A stretch of 63,205 bases of DNA, filler included, from Octopus bimaculoides (GCF_001194135.2; 7 parts of 6 records of this genome joined end to end with filler, not necessarily neighbours in it), one strand, 5' to 3'. Counted from the first letter of the whole stretch, positions 38,226 to 51,239 are shown. The notes: generated by a model from the sequence alone, not told the origin. Made by a program: numbers and translations.

Positions 38226-39437
38226 CATATATACATATATATACACACACACGGGTGTGTGTGTGTACATGGTAATAAAAAGGAGAAAACTCGATTAAAG
38301 CTGCTTTCCAAACTTTCTGATATACTTTCCAGAGCTCCCTACGGTCCGATAAGATGCTAAGATGCATTTAACGGCATCTTTATTTTGTGATTGGATGAGC
38401 CGCAGTCACATGACTGCAGTATTTCCGTCAATTGTCTTCGCCATTATATCTTCTTCGCTCTGAACCTCAACTGGAAGCATTTATCGATTCGTAAAGCAAT
38501 ATCATTAAGACAATTTTAGTGTGTAAGTTTGGCTGTATGTCTGACTGTCATTACTGAATATCTTTTTCTCTTTCTCTCTCTCTCTCGTTCCGTTTGAACA
38601 TACATAACACACGTATGAGGAATGTATATATATATATATATATATNNNNNNNNNNNNNNNNNNNNNNNNNNNNNNNNNNNNNNNNNNNNNNNNNNNNNNN
38701 NNNNNNNNNNNNNNNNNNNNNNNNNNNNNNNNNNNNNNNNNNNNNNNNNNNNNNNNNNNNNNNNNNNNNNNNNNNNNNNNNNNNNNNNNNNNNNNNNNNN
38801 NNNNNNNNNNNNNNNNNNNNNNNNNNNNNNNNNNNNNNNNNNNNNNNNNNNNNNNNNNNNNNNNNNNNNNNNNNNNNNNNNNNNNNNNNNNNNNNNNNNN
38901 NNNNNNNNNNNNNNNNNNNNNNNNNNNNNNNNNNNNNNNNNNNNNNNNNNNNNNNNNNNNNNNNNNNNNNNNNNNNNNNNNNNNNNNNNNNNNNNNNNNN
39001 NNNNNNNNNNNNNNNNNNNNNNNNNNNNNNNNNNNNNNNNNNNNNNNNNNNNNNNNNNNNNNNNNNNNNNNNNNNNNNNNNNNNNNNNNNNNNNNNNNNN
39101 NNNNNNNNNNNNNNNNNNNNNNNNNNNNNNNNNNNNNNNNNNNNNNNNNNNNNNNNNNNNNNNNNNNNNNNNNNNNNNNNNNNNNNNNNNNNNNNNNNNN
39201 NNNNNNNNNNNNNNNNNNNNNNNNNNNNNNNNNNNNNNNNNNNNNNNNNNNNNNNNNNNNNNNNNNNNNNNNNNNNNNNNNNNNNNNNNNNNNNNNNNNN
39301 NNNNNNNNNNNNNNNNNNNNNNNNNNNNNNNNNNNNNNNNNNNNNNNNNNNNNNNNNNNNNNNNNNNNNNNNNNNNNNNNNNNNNNNNNNNNNNNNNNNN
39401 NNNNNNNNNNNNNNNNNNNNNNNNNNNNNNNNNNNAT

Positions 39438-39750
39438 ACCTGCAAGTAAGTTCTGCTCATTGTGGATCCTAACATGTCTTTTAAGACCCCCATTGGATTT
39501 GCAAACCCTCTGGCACACACCACATTCAAACGTGTGCACAGACATATAATCAGAATAGCTGGGTGAGGTTTGTTTTCCATGGGTTCGCAGGTGAGATTTG
39601 AGGCCAGCCAAGGACAGACATGGTCTGTCACAGACTGTGCACACAAAAAGGTCCTTGTCATTCACCTTCTCAGTCTTCACCTTTTTCCTTAAATGTCTCT
39701 TGAGCCCTGCTTGCATCATCCTGGCCTCTTCAAATGCTTTCACTCCAAGA
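39438..39750 (-). mobile_element. RTE/BovB-like LINE C-terminal fragment with two C2H2 fingers
   Basis: KAFEEAR..KR..RK followed by CTVCDRPCLSLAGLKSHLRTH and CGVCQRVCKSNGGLKRHVRIH; runs into an N gap. Confidence 0.65.
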
Positions 39751-40278
39751 CAAGGTATAAATTTTGGCCATAACATATTTTTCCTTTATTTGAGTAAATT
39801 TGACTTACATCTGTTTCCATTAGTTATTATAAGTACGTTAATAACAGACCTGCTCAATTGGTCTATCGATCCGTTGACAAATATTGACCGACCTAAAGAA
39901 ATTGATGCTAATTTCGTCAGAGCTGTCGATGAATATACATATTGATATGCATACATGCATGCACACATACATATATATATGTATATATATATATGTGTGT
40001 ATGTATATATACATATGTGTGTGTGTATACATATTATACATATTATATATATATATGTATAAATATGTATGTATGTATGTATGTGTGTATGTATGAGTGG
40101 GGATATCCACAAATGTGCAATGTGTTTGTGTACATATCTATTCGTTCCGTTGTATGCAACCAGGAGTAAGACAACAAACATTAACAACGGCCAAAAAGAC
40201 AACACGAAATCAATAACTAGTTCACTAACTTTAATTAAAAGCCACCAAAAATCCATATAAATCTCTTGTAAAACTCAC

Positions 40279-40353
40279 CTTGTACTAAGTGAATTTGTTG
40301 CTGCATATCTTCGCGATGTTTTTTGTCCTGTTTGACTTGTTCCTGGAATGTGT
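40279..40353 (-). CDS. SKOR: SKOR/CORL/fussel corepressor, C-terminal coiled-coil exon (xTFQEQVKQDKKHREDMQQQIHLVQ)
   Basis: Minus strand: tcttttag acceptor, GTGAGT donor; 75 nt, phase 1-1. Colinear with SKOR1 DNFQDQMKRELAYREEMVQQLQIVR (recalled sequence). Confidence 0.8.
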
Positions 40354-41371
40354 CTAAAAGATAATTTATATTTTTCGATGTTAGCAATGGTTGAAGTTTG
40401 TGTTAATAAACATTTTGTTTTATTAACGTGGTTCGCAGAAGGAAGGAATTCATATATNNNNNNNNNNNNNNNNNNNNNNNNNNNNNNNNNNNNNNNNNNN
40501 NNNNNNNNNNNNNNNNNNNNNNNNNNNNNNNNNNNNNNNNNNNNNNNNNNNNNNNNNNNNNNNNNNNNNNNNNNNNNNNNNNNNNNNNNNNNNNNNNNNN
40601 NNNNNNNNNNNNNNNNNNNNNNNNNNNNNNNNNNNNNNNNNNNNNNNNNNNNNNNNNNNNNNNNNNNNNNNNNNNNNNNNNNNNNNNNNNNNNNNNNNNN
40701 NNNNNNNNNNNNNNNNNNNNNNNNNNNNNNNNNNNNNNNNNNNNNNNNNNNNNNNNNNNNNNNNNNNNNNNNNNNNNNNNNNNNNNNNNNNNNNNNNNNN
40801 NNNNNNNNNNNNNNNNNNNNNNNNNNNNNNNNNNNNNNNNNNNNNNNNNNNNNNNNNNNNNNNNNNNNNNNNNNNNNNNNNNNNNNNNNNNNNNNNNNNN
40901 NNNNNNNNNNNNNNNNNNNNNNNNNNNNNNNNNNNNNNNNNNNNNNNNNNNNNNNNNNNNNNNNNNNNNNNNNNNNNNNNNNNNNNNNNNNNNNNNNNNN
41001 NNNNNNNNNNNNNNNNNNNNNNNNNNNNNNNNNNNNNNNNNNNNNNNNNNNNNNNNNNNNNNNNNNNNNNNNNNNNNNNNNNNNNNNNNNNNNNNNNNNN
41101 NNNNNNNNNNNNNNNNNNNNNNNNNNNNNNNNNNNNNNNNNNNNNNNNNNNNNNNNNNNNNNNNNNNNNNNNNNNNNNNNNNNNNNNNNNNNNNNNNNNN
41201 NNNNNNNNNNNNNNNNNNNNNNNNNNNNNNNNNNNNNNNNNNNNNNNTATATATATATATATTTATATGTACATATACATATGTGTGTGTGTGTAGAAAA
41301 ACAAAAGACGAAGACAGGTGCATAAACAACAAGCAGGTGAATTAGTTTGACGTTCGGGAAGGTGAGAAAGT

Positions 41372-41407
41372 CTTTTACGTTTCGAGCCAACGCTCTTCAA
41401 CCGAAAG
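41372..41407 (-). ncRNA. Degenerate hammerhead-like motif, family 3
   Basis: Minus: CTTT-CGGTTGA-A-GAGC(gttg)GCTC-GAAA-CGT-A-AAAG. Architecture intact, core differs from CUGANGA at two positions. Confidence 0.5.
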
Positions 41408-41984
41408 GAACACGAGGAAATAAACAGAAAATAAAAGACTTTTAGAATTAACGATATATATATCGTTAATTTTATGTATGTATTGAATTGTAATGAAGGG
41501 TTTATATATCTTGGTTTGGCAAACCATAATTTTAATGTATACATATATACATACAAGCAAACAGACAGACATATAGGCATTCTATTATTCTTGTAGTTGT
41601 TTCAGTCATCTGTCTGCGGCCATGCTGGTGCACCGCCTTTAGTCGAACAAATCGAAACTAGGACTTATTCTTTGTATTTATTTTATCGGTCGCTTTTGCC
41701 GCTAGCTTACGTGGATGTAAACACACCAACGTCGGTTGTAAAGCGTGTGTGGATGGTGATGGTGGTGGTGGGACAAACGCAGACACGCAAATACGTACAT
41801 ACCTACATACATGTCGGCTTCTTTCAGTTTCCATCTACCAAATCCTTTCACACTCGCCCAAGGTGTCACGCAGTGAGACTGAACCCGGTACCATGTGGTA
41901 AGAAGTAAGCTTCTTACCACACAGCCATTCCTATGTAGATAGATTTCTAATAAATTTACATTTTTGTATCTTTCTTTTATTCTC

Positions 41985-42252
41985 TTGTGCCAAAGCTATG
42001 CGGTTGCGGTCATGCTGGAGCACCATCAGGAAAATATCAGTGCCTCCTTTGTATTTTAGTATTTTATTTGTTTCAGTCATTTGACTGCGGCCATACTGGA
42101 GCACCGCCTTTTAGTCGAACAAATTGTCCCCAAGACTTATACTTAGTAAGCCTATTACTTGTTCTATCGGTCTCTTTTGCCGAACCGCTAAGTTACGGAG
42201 ATATAAACACACCAGCATCGGTTGTCAAGCGATGGTGGGAGGACAAATACAG

Positions 42253-42293
<41 letters not shown>

Positions 42294-42608
42294 NNNNNNN
42301 NNNNNNNNNNNNNNNNNNNNNNNNNNNNNNNNNNNNNNNNNNNNNNNNNNNNNNNNNNNNNNNNNNNNNNNNNNNNNNNNNNNNNNNNNNNNNNNNNNNN
42401 NNNNNNNNNNNNNNNNNNNNNNNNNNNNNNNNNNNNNNNNNNNNNNNNNNNNNNNNNNNNNNNNNNNNNNNNNNNNNNNNNNNNNNNNNNNNNNNNNNNN
42501 NNNNNNNNNNNNNNNNNNNNNNNNNNNNNNNNNNNNNNNNNNNNNNNNNNNNNNNNNNNNNNNNNNNNNNNNNNNNNNNNNNNNNNNNNNNNNNNNNNNN
42601 NNNNNNNN

Positions 42609-42651
<43 letters not shown>

Positions 42652-42820
42652 AATATATATATATATACGACGGGCTTCTTTTCAGTTTCCCTCTACCAAA
42701 TCCACTCACAAGGATTTGGTCGGCCCGAGGCTATAGTAGAATACACTGGCCCAAGATAGCACGAGGTGGGACTGAACCCGTAACCATGTGGTTGGGAAGC
42801 AAGCTACTTACGACATGTCA
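41985..42820 (-). mobile_element. SINE family A copy (N gap in internal microsatellite)
   Basis: Reverse complement of 4345-4725, with an extra duplicated 3' end at about 41985-42050. Confidence 0.8.
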
Positions 42821-44009
42821 TTATTCAGTTTTATTTCAAGATTTCTTGTCAATAGAGAAAGAACTGTTTTCTAACCTAGATCTAAGGCTGTTTCATTGGA
42901 ATTTCAAGTACATCAACAAGGTATTCTGGTATGTATCTATACATGCAGATTCGTATGTTTGTATGTGTGTATGTGTGTGTATGTATGTATGTACGTATGT
43001 ATGTATGTATGTATGTATGTATGTATATATGTATGTATGTATGTATGTATGTGCGTGTATGTATGCATGTATGTTTGCATGTATGGCGAAGTATTCACCT
43101 CGTATCTAAACGTATAACTAATAACCAAATTATCCACAATTCACAACGTGCCATCGTAAAAGAATTTTGGACGCTTTCACTTAGTGTATTAATAGATACA
43201 ACATGTACGTAGGTTCGCCATAGATGGCATTCCTTTAAACATGAATGGAAGTGATGCACATTGATCTGGAACTAAACAACAAAAACAGCAACATTTAGAT
43301 GGTACGACACATAGGCACACTCAAACACATACACACAGAGTAAGAACAAAGTAAGACATCCCGGATTATCTCCTCTTGCCATAAACTATAACATAACCTT
43401 TTAATTTTGGTGTTGTGACAGAAAAGATGTAATCTAATGGAGCTGTGTGACGTTTATATGCTGTACATAGGCGCGCAAAAGCAAACACACAAAGACATAT
43501 ATATATATATATATATATATNNNNNNNNNNNNNNNNNNNNNNNNNNNNNNNNNNNNNNNNNNNNTTAATTAATTAANNNNNNNNNNNNNNNNNNNNNNNN
43601 NNNNNNNNNNNNNNNNNNNNATGCAGAAGACAATCGAATAAATTTTGTAAAAATTCCTAAAAATAAAGAAAAGCTATGAGGGGTTTCAGTACGTGATACA
43701 TCATAATTCCGCCAACATTTTTTCCTTAATATTTTTTATGTAATGGTCCACAACCATTCATGATACAGAGGTAGGAAGCCTATTTCAGTTCGGGAGTGAA
43801 TTGTCATCACGTTGCAAACTCAAGTCATATAGCTGCAATAGAATGCTATATCATCAACAATAATGTTATTTCTCTAAGACTTCACCCAGTAATCTATCAA
43901 GTCCATTTACGCATTTCTCAATACATACTGTTGTTATGACTTCCCTCCCTCATTTTATGCCTCCATTGTAGATGGGTAGATTTGCTAGTAATAATAATAC
44001 GAATGCATG

Positions 44010-44048
<39 letters not shown>

Positions 44049-44075
44049 CTGCTGCTGCTGATGATGATGATGATG

Positions 44076-44124
<49 letters not shown>

Positions 44125-44125
<1 letters not shown>

Positions 44126-45655
44126 CATATTTAGCTTAGAAAAATCTACCAAAGCAACCTTGAAAAGAGGAAAACTAGCAACACCACACTAGATAAAGCA
44201 AATGAAATAAGAGAATTAAACCAAAGCCAGACGTACAAATACTTTGGAATCAATAATCTAGATACGATAAAACACACACAAATGAAAGAGAAAATAAAAT
44301 AAAAGAATACTATAGACGAGTTAGATTAATACTGAAAACAGAGCTCAATGCGAAAAACAAGATAATAGGTATCGACACTCTAACCAGTTATAAGTTTCAC
44401 AATAACTTATAACTTATAGCTAGTTATAAGTTTCACAGCTACAATATCCTTAACTGGACACATGAAAGTGGACAGGAAAAAAAATGACAAGATTCAAGAT
44501 GCACCACTCAAAATCTGACATAGAAAGATAATATGTACAACGTACTGGAGGTGGTAGAGGCCTTATACAGCTAGAAATCTATAATAAAATAACCACCTTA
44601 GGATTACAAAAATAGCTGCTACAGAAGCATGGAAAACAAATACAAATATGAACAAAACACGAACAAAACAAAAAACTGTTTTCGGTCTTTAAGGAAGCTG
44701 ACAGATACAAAATAATGATATTACCTTACAACTAAGAAGAAAAAGAAGAGACAACAAAAGCTGTAAAACAACTGAAATCCAAACTAAACCTGAAACAGCA
44801 ACGGATCATGATAAAACGATGGAAAATACTGGGTTAAACTGAACAGAAAAGAATTAGACAAATCAAAATCCCAACAATGGCTGAGAAGCTCAGGACTCAA
44901 AGCAGAGAGTGAAGGATTTTTAATAGTAGCACAAGATCAAAGTCTTCCCACCAGAAATTATCAAAAACATATGAAAAGAAGCATAATTGCAGAATATGAG
45001 GAAATGGACAAGAAACAATAAATCATATTGCCTCTGGCTGTCCAGTCCTGGCTATAAAGGAATATATTCACAGACACGACAGAGTTGGGACCTATATACA
45101 CTGGAAGCTATTCCAACACTATGAAATAACAACAGAACAAAGATGATATAGACATACGCCAGAATAGGTCACAGAAAACGAGAAAGCAACCATACTCTGG
45201 GATATGCTAATACACAGATACAGAAATCAAGGCCAATAGGACGGATATAGTTGTCAGAGATCATCAAGAGAAAAAAAAATGCTTTCTAATCGATGTATCA
45301 ATACCAACAGATGACAACATTTCTCTAAAAGAAATGGAGAAACTTTCAAAATACAAAGACTTAGAAAAAGAGGTAACTCGAATGTGGAGTCTAAAAACAG
45401 AAACAATTCCCATCATAATAGGCGCATTAGGTATGATAGAAAAATATTCAGAGAGATACATAACAAAAACACCAGGACTAACAAATATATATAACATACA
45501 GAAAATAGCACTGCTAGGGACCGCACACATCCTACGTAAATCACTTTCACTACGGTGAAAGTAAGAGCATTGCAACAAACCACAGTACATACCCAAGGTA
45601 GACAGAGCTGCACTTAGTAGTGCAGCGGAAGCACGCGATAAAAGTAAACCTACTG
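44125..45655 (+). mobile_element. 5'-truncated R4/Dong-type LINE between (TAA)n tracts
   Basis: Degraded post-RT region, CCHC knuckle, NRTDIVV..CFLIDVSIP..KEMEKLSKYKDL endonuclease; TAA arrays on both sides. Confidence 0.85.
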
Positions 45656-45659
45656 AATG

Positions 45660-45725
<66 letters not shown>

Positions 45726-45744
45726 TTAATAATAATAATGGGCA

Positions 45745-45990
45745 CATTACGTATGATAAAAAATATTCAGACAAATACATAACAAAAACACTAGGACTAA
45801 CAAATATATACATATATATAACATACAGAAAATAACACTAGGCACTGCACACATCCTAGTAAAACACTTTCAATACAGTAACCATAAGAGCATCACAGGA
45901 AACCACAGCACATGCCCAAGGCTACCCAGAGCTGCGCTCGGTAGTGAAGTGAAAGCACGCTATAAAAATAAGACTATTGAATAATAATAA
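45745..45990 (+). mobile_element. Tandem 3'-end copy of the same R4/Dong-type LINE
   Basis: Repeats 45430-45655 sequence; ends in (TAA)n. Confidence 0.8.
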
Positions 45991-46679
45991 TAATAATATT
46001 CCTCCTCGGTCCGCCTTTCTCTCTCTCTCTCCCTCCTCTCCCGCTCGGTCTTCAGTGCCGTTATAAGCATTCACATGATAGGCTCTCCAAAAGTGTGTAA
46101 GTCTTTTCTCTTACTTCAAACTATGAAATTGTTTATATCATTGCTAAAACTTTGAGATGTTTATAGATTTTTAAAAACTACAGTGTGGTGTTCCAGAGAA
46201 AGATTCCTCTATTATAAACACGACGTGATGCTTTATAGACAGATTACTACAGCCTTTTTAAAAACTTTGAGATGTTGTTCATAAATTTCTATATCTTAGC
46301 TATGCTTTGTCGAACGTGTCAATGCTCCTCTCAAAAATCGCTTCCCCACGCGTCTCCATTCCACCACCAGGCATGTGAACTACCAGTTCAATCAAACAGC
46401 CTGTATTAGTAAGCACAAGAACACCCTTCTTTTTAGCGCCGCAGCATCATCAGTAGCTAAACCAATAGCCGTAAATCTGCCATCATTTGTTGTCTAAAGA
46501 ATCAGGGGAGACAATATTAGGACCTGTGGGTCTTATAGTAATAATATAATTATAGTAATAATAGTGAAACTATAGTAGTGAACTATAGTGAATAATAGCG
46601 AAACTTTAGAAGTAAATAATAAAATAGGGATTATAGTAGCAATAGTGAAATTATAATAGTGAACAAGTAAATAATTATC

Positions 46680-49600
46680 CAGATTGATAATTACCAAGAA
46701 TGATTAACAAGTGGTGTTGTGAAACCGTCGAGACGTCGGCGACTAAAGTGGCAACCCCATTAATCTTGCTTGGTGCGGAGGGTGGACTTTTGACACCCTG
46801 TGGGATTAAAAACAAAGCCCGACAAAGGGAAGAAGGACTCAGAGTCAATGGCCATTCCAAAAACGAGTAGACAGAACTCGTGAGTCTTGGTTTGCAGTCT
46901 GTCTAGGCGAAAGAACACTCTGATTTAAAACTGAGGTAGACAGGACACCTTTATCACAATGGTGACAACCTGTCAGTGTTCAACGGCTCCATGCCTGGGA
47001 TAAAGACGAATGAACCGCGAATCAGGACTTAATTAATTCCTAAGCAATATTTGAATGAAGATACGGGATAAACTGACACTCACTTGTTTTCTTGTGAGAA
47101 TCATGATCATGGACCCAACACACGGAAATGCGAAGAGAACTGGCCCAAGTTATGGGTAGTAAGAGCTCTGCAATCTTGGCTGACAATCTTACTAGGGATG
47201 GTATCTCGATAAAAATACCGGTTGGTGGCTAACCTTAAAACACAAACCTCATTGTTGAGTGAAAATTTATAATACAAATGTATCAAATAACGGTGTTAAT
47301 GAGGCTGGAACCAAAAGTGAAAGCCTTTCGCCCAGCAGGTGCACTGTGGTTGAGCAGCGCAGGCTCAGTCATCATTCAGAGACTGCCTGTGTACAAAGCC
47401 AGAGGCAGAGAAGAAAGTGGGATAAGGAAGCAAACCGAACGGTAATTGAATGCTGGGTCAGGAGTGAAACCAGTAGAAGGGGATTCTGACAACACATGAA
47501 ATCAAAATGGAATGAAATAGGACTATTCGAAATAAGTGAGCAACGGTTGACAGAGCGGTTAACAGATATGGAAATTGAAGAGATAAAAAGGAAAGTAGAA
47601 AATAGAAATAATACTTCACCAACAGATACATTGCCCAGAGAGAACAAAGAAATGATTGGCGACAGTGAAGACGTAGAGCAAAGTGTAAATGTAAATGCAT
47701 TATCAGCAAATGAAGCAGAAGTAATAGGAAAAGCACAAAAATACGATGATGACCAACAAGATGTAATGAGGATACTGAGCCGATATATTAGAGAAGATCA
47801 GGATCAAGCGCCTCCCGACCCCATTCTGAGGTACATTGATCGACACAAGCTCAAAGTTGGAACGCAGAGCATTCTGGAGAGGGATCTGGGACCAATCTGT
47901 AGAGTATAATGAAGCGGAGTAGCCGCATGAAATTCAAGATTGGTTAAGAAATATAGAAGGCCAGGAAAACATTAAGATAACTATAGAAATGATAAAAAGC
48001 AGTTAAAAAAATTCCAAATAGGAATAGCCCAGGCAGGATAGGGTCCAAGGTTATTAGATGAAGAAGGTGAGAGGGCTCCATGCAAGGGTAGCGCAACAGC
48101 TAGATGAGTACTTGCAGGAAGGCACAGTACCCAGCTGGATGACAAAGGGAAAGAAATTGCTGTGTGTCAAGAATCATGAAAAGGGAAATGTTGCAAACAA
48201 TTTTAGACCAATAAGGTGCCTTCTGCTAATGTGGAAACTAATGTCAGGTGCGTTGGCCGGTAAACTGTATAGATACCTGGAAAACAGTGGGCTGCTGCCT
48301 ATTGAACAGAAAGCGTGACAAAATAGGAGCCGACGAACGAATGACCAGCACTTAATTGATAATCTAATTATCAAGAAGTGTAAGAGAAGACATACAAACC
48401 TGAGCATAGCATGGTTTGACTATCGTAATGCATACAATATGATACCACTCTCCTGGATAATAAAAACAATGGAAATGTATGGAGTAGCAGAAAATATGAG
48501 AAGCCTTATATGGAATAGCATGAAATGCTGGAGAACGGAATTGACAACAAAGAATCAAGTATTAGGAGAGGTGAAAATAAAGAGAGGAATCTTCCAAGAA
48601 GACAGTGTGTCCGCACTGATCTTTGTGCTGGGAATGATCCCCTTGAGTGAAAAATACAGAAAACAAAGTTGGGGTATTATGTGGGAAGAGGTAAGGGAAA
48701 ACTGAACCAATTGGTATTCATGGACGACCTGAAGCTATTCACAAAAAAATGAGGCAGAACTGGACAGCCTAGAACAGTCTGTGTGAATTTTCTCCAATGG
48801 TATTAAGATGGAGTTTGGACTCTCAAAATGTACTATGCTGCTGATGAGATGTGGCAAGCTTTTCAGAACAGATGGTATATGGTTGCAAAGCGGTGAAATT
48901 ATGAAGGCAATTCAACCCCAATCCAGCTATAAATGGTTGGCAATACTTGAGGCAGATGGAATCGAACACAATGACATGAAGGAAAAAACAAAACAGAGAG
49001 TACATGTAACGAGTGAAAAAAATACTGGTTTCAAAGCTGAACACCAGAAACATAATTTCGGTAATAAACTCGCGCGCAGTCGCAATAGTTCGGTATGGCA
49101 CTGGAATCCTGAGGTCGACAGAGGAGCTAATGGAGATGGACAGGAAATCAAGAAAGCTCCTAACAATGCATGGAGCCCATCATCCATGTGCAGACATTGA
49201 TCGCCTATACATGTAGAGAGCAAATGGAGGAAAAGGACTGATAAGTCTGGAAGGCTTGCGTGCGTATCGAACTCGAGAGCTTAATGAGATACCTAGCCCA
49301 AAGTAAGGAAAACTTGCTGGTGATAGTTAGGGACGAGAAAAAAGGAAAAAACAAAAGAAATGCAAAGATAACGCAAAAAGGACCACACAATCAATTCCTT
49401 GCAGCCACAACAGAAGTTGCTGGAAAAAACAGGTATGATTGGCTGATGAAAGGAACACCTATAAATGAGACCGAATGCACTATACTGGTAGCTCAACACC
49501 AAGCTTCGGCCACAAACTGGAAGGTAGATCTTAAGAATAACCAAATGTCTCCTCTCTGCCGCATCTAAAATAGAGTGGAGGAAACCAGTGCGCATATCAC

Positions 49601-50223
49601 GAACGAATGCCCTAGACTTGCCACAAACCACTACAAGTTGTGGCGACACGATCAGGTAGTGAAAGTGCTACACTTAAATCTGTGCAAAAAGTGGAAGCAA
49701 GAGAGTAGCATGACATGGTATGAACACAAACTGTAGATAGTGGCAGAGTTGGAGACTAGCAAAATCCTCTGAGATTTCTCAATCCAAAGAGGTTAGGTGT
49801 TAGAGCATAACAGACCGGACCTAGTAGTAGTGGACAAGGTGCACCACATATGCATCATAGTTGATGTTGCATGCCCATTGGACCTACGAATGGTCAAGAA
49901 GGAAGGAGAAAAGATAGGTAACTACAACCCTCGTGAATATGAAATAGCCCGGCTATGCAAAAGGAAGAAGGTAAAGATAGTGGCAATTATTGTTGGGTCC
50001 TTGGGAACAGTATCAGACGCTGTCAAGGGGAAAATAAAGAAAACTGGAATAGAGCGTCCAATAAAACTGTTACAAAAGATTTGCCTTCTTGACACGGCCA
50101 GAATAATCAGGAAAGTATTAGATAGCTGAAAGGAACGGACAGCATGGTACCGTGGGCTGCAGGTAGTAAACCCGCTACGCATGTAAGACTCCAGGAACTT
50201 CAAGAAAAACTATGATAAAGAGA

Positions 50224-50285
<62 letters not shown>
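46680..50285 (+). mobile_element. Near full-length, inactivated R4/Dong-type LINE (single ORF about 47259-50129)
   Basis: N-terminal RRKWDKEANRTVIECW, RT motifs GIFQEDSVS and FMDDLKLF, CCHC knuckle (PLCRI..HITNEC), RLE HNRPDLVVVDK..IVDVACP..K, (TAA)n tail; many stops and frameshifts. Confidence 0.92.
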
Positions 50286-50533
50286 NNNNNNNNNNNNNNN
50301 NNNNNNNNNNNNNNNNNNNNNNNNNNNNNTTAATTAATTAANNNNNNNNNNNNNNNNNNNNNNNNNNNNNNNNNNNNNNNNNNNNTATATATATATATAT
50401 ATATATATTATATAAATTTAAATTGAAAGGGTAAAAATTGATATTAATTAAATTAATATCAATTTAAACCAGTGGCCTATCATATTGAAAAAAAATCTGA
50501 AGATTCTGAAAATTATATCACATACAGATGCGG

Positions 50534-50802
50534 AATGACCACTAGGTGGATTCTTAGTATACTAAAGGTAGACCCCATATGGTCTGACAACTAAGAAAAA
50601 TTATTGTCAAGAAATTTCGGCAAACGCCAGAACGTAAAGCGAGCAAGACAAATGAAAAGATACAAAATATAGTGATTAGTCACACACCTAGATTTCATTG
50701 TTACCATTTACATTACGTAAATGTCTGTAAATCCTCAGTGTGACCGTCATGGACCATATGGGGTTTACCTTTAGCATATTAGGAATCCACCTAGTGGTCA
50801 TT
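50534..50802. repeat. 51-bp inverted repeat pair (putative MITE)
   Basis: 50534-50584 vs 50752-50802, 47/51 complementary. Confidence 0.75.
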
Positions 50803-51239
50803 GCTCTTATATACATGTGTGAAAGAGTGTATGTGGTACATGTATTTTATGGCGCGTAATTGTAAAATCATTAAACATGTCCGTGTGTTTTCCGTACGAC
50901 CGCTTTAATGTTCTCGTCTTTTATTAATATAATTTAAGGATTCAAAGCAATTTATACACTTCTTGCTTTTATCAATGAAATTTCTGTATATTCTCGGTTT
51001 ACGAAGTACAGCTTAATTTGCTATGTATGAACGTATGTATGTGTTTGTATGTATGTGTGTGTGTGTGTATGTACACGCATACAAGCGTATATATGTATAT
51101 ACATAGATAGTTGGATAGAGATATATGTATGCGTATGCGTGTGTTTTATATACGTATGTGTATTTATACATATGTCTCTCTTGATGGGTAATATCCGTCA
51201 ATTGTAAATAATGTATTATTATTATTATTATTATTCAGC

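Noticed and set aside
39579-39641. Call as a member of the octopus C2H2-ZNF gene expansion
   Set aside because: No TGEKP linkers, CxxC-R-C-S-GL pattern and upstream residues fit a LINE ORF2 terminus.
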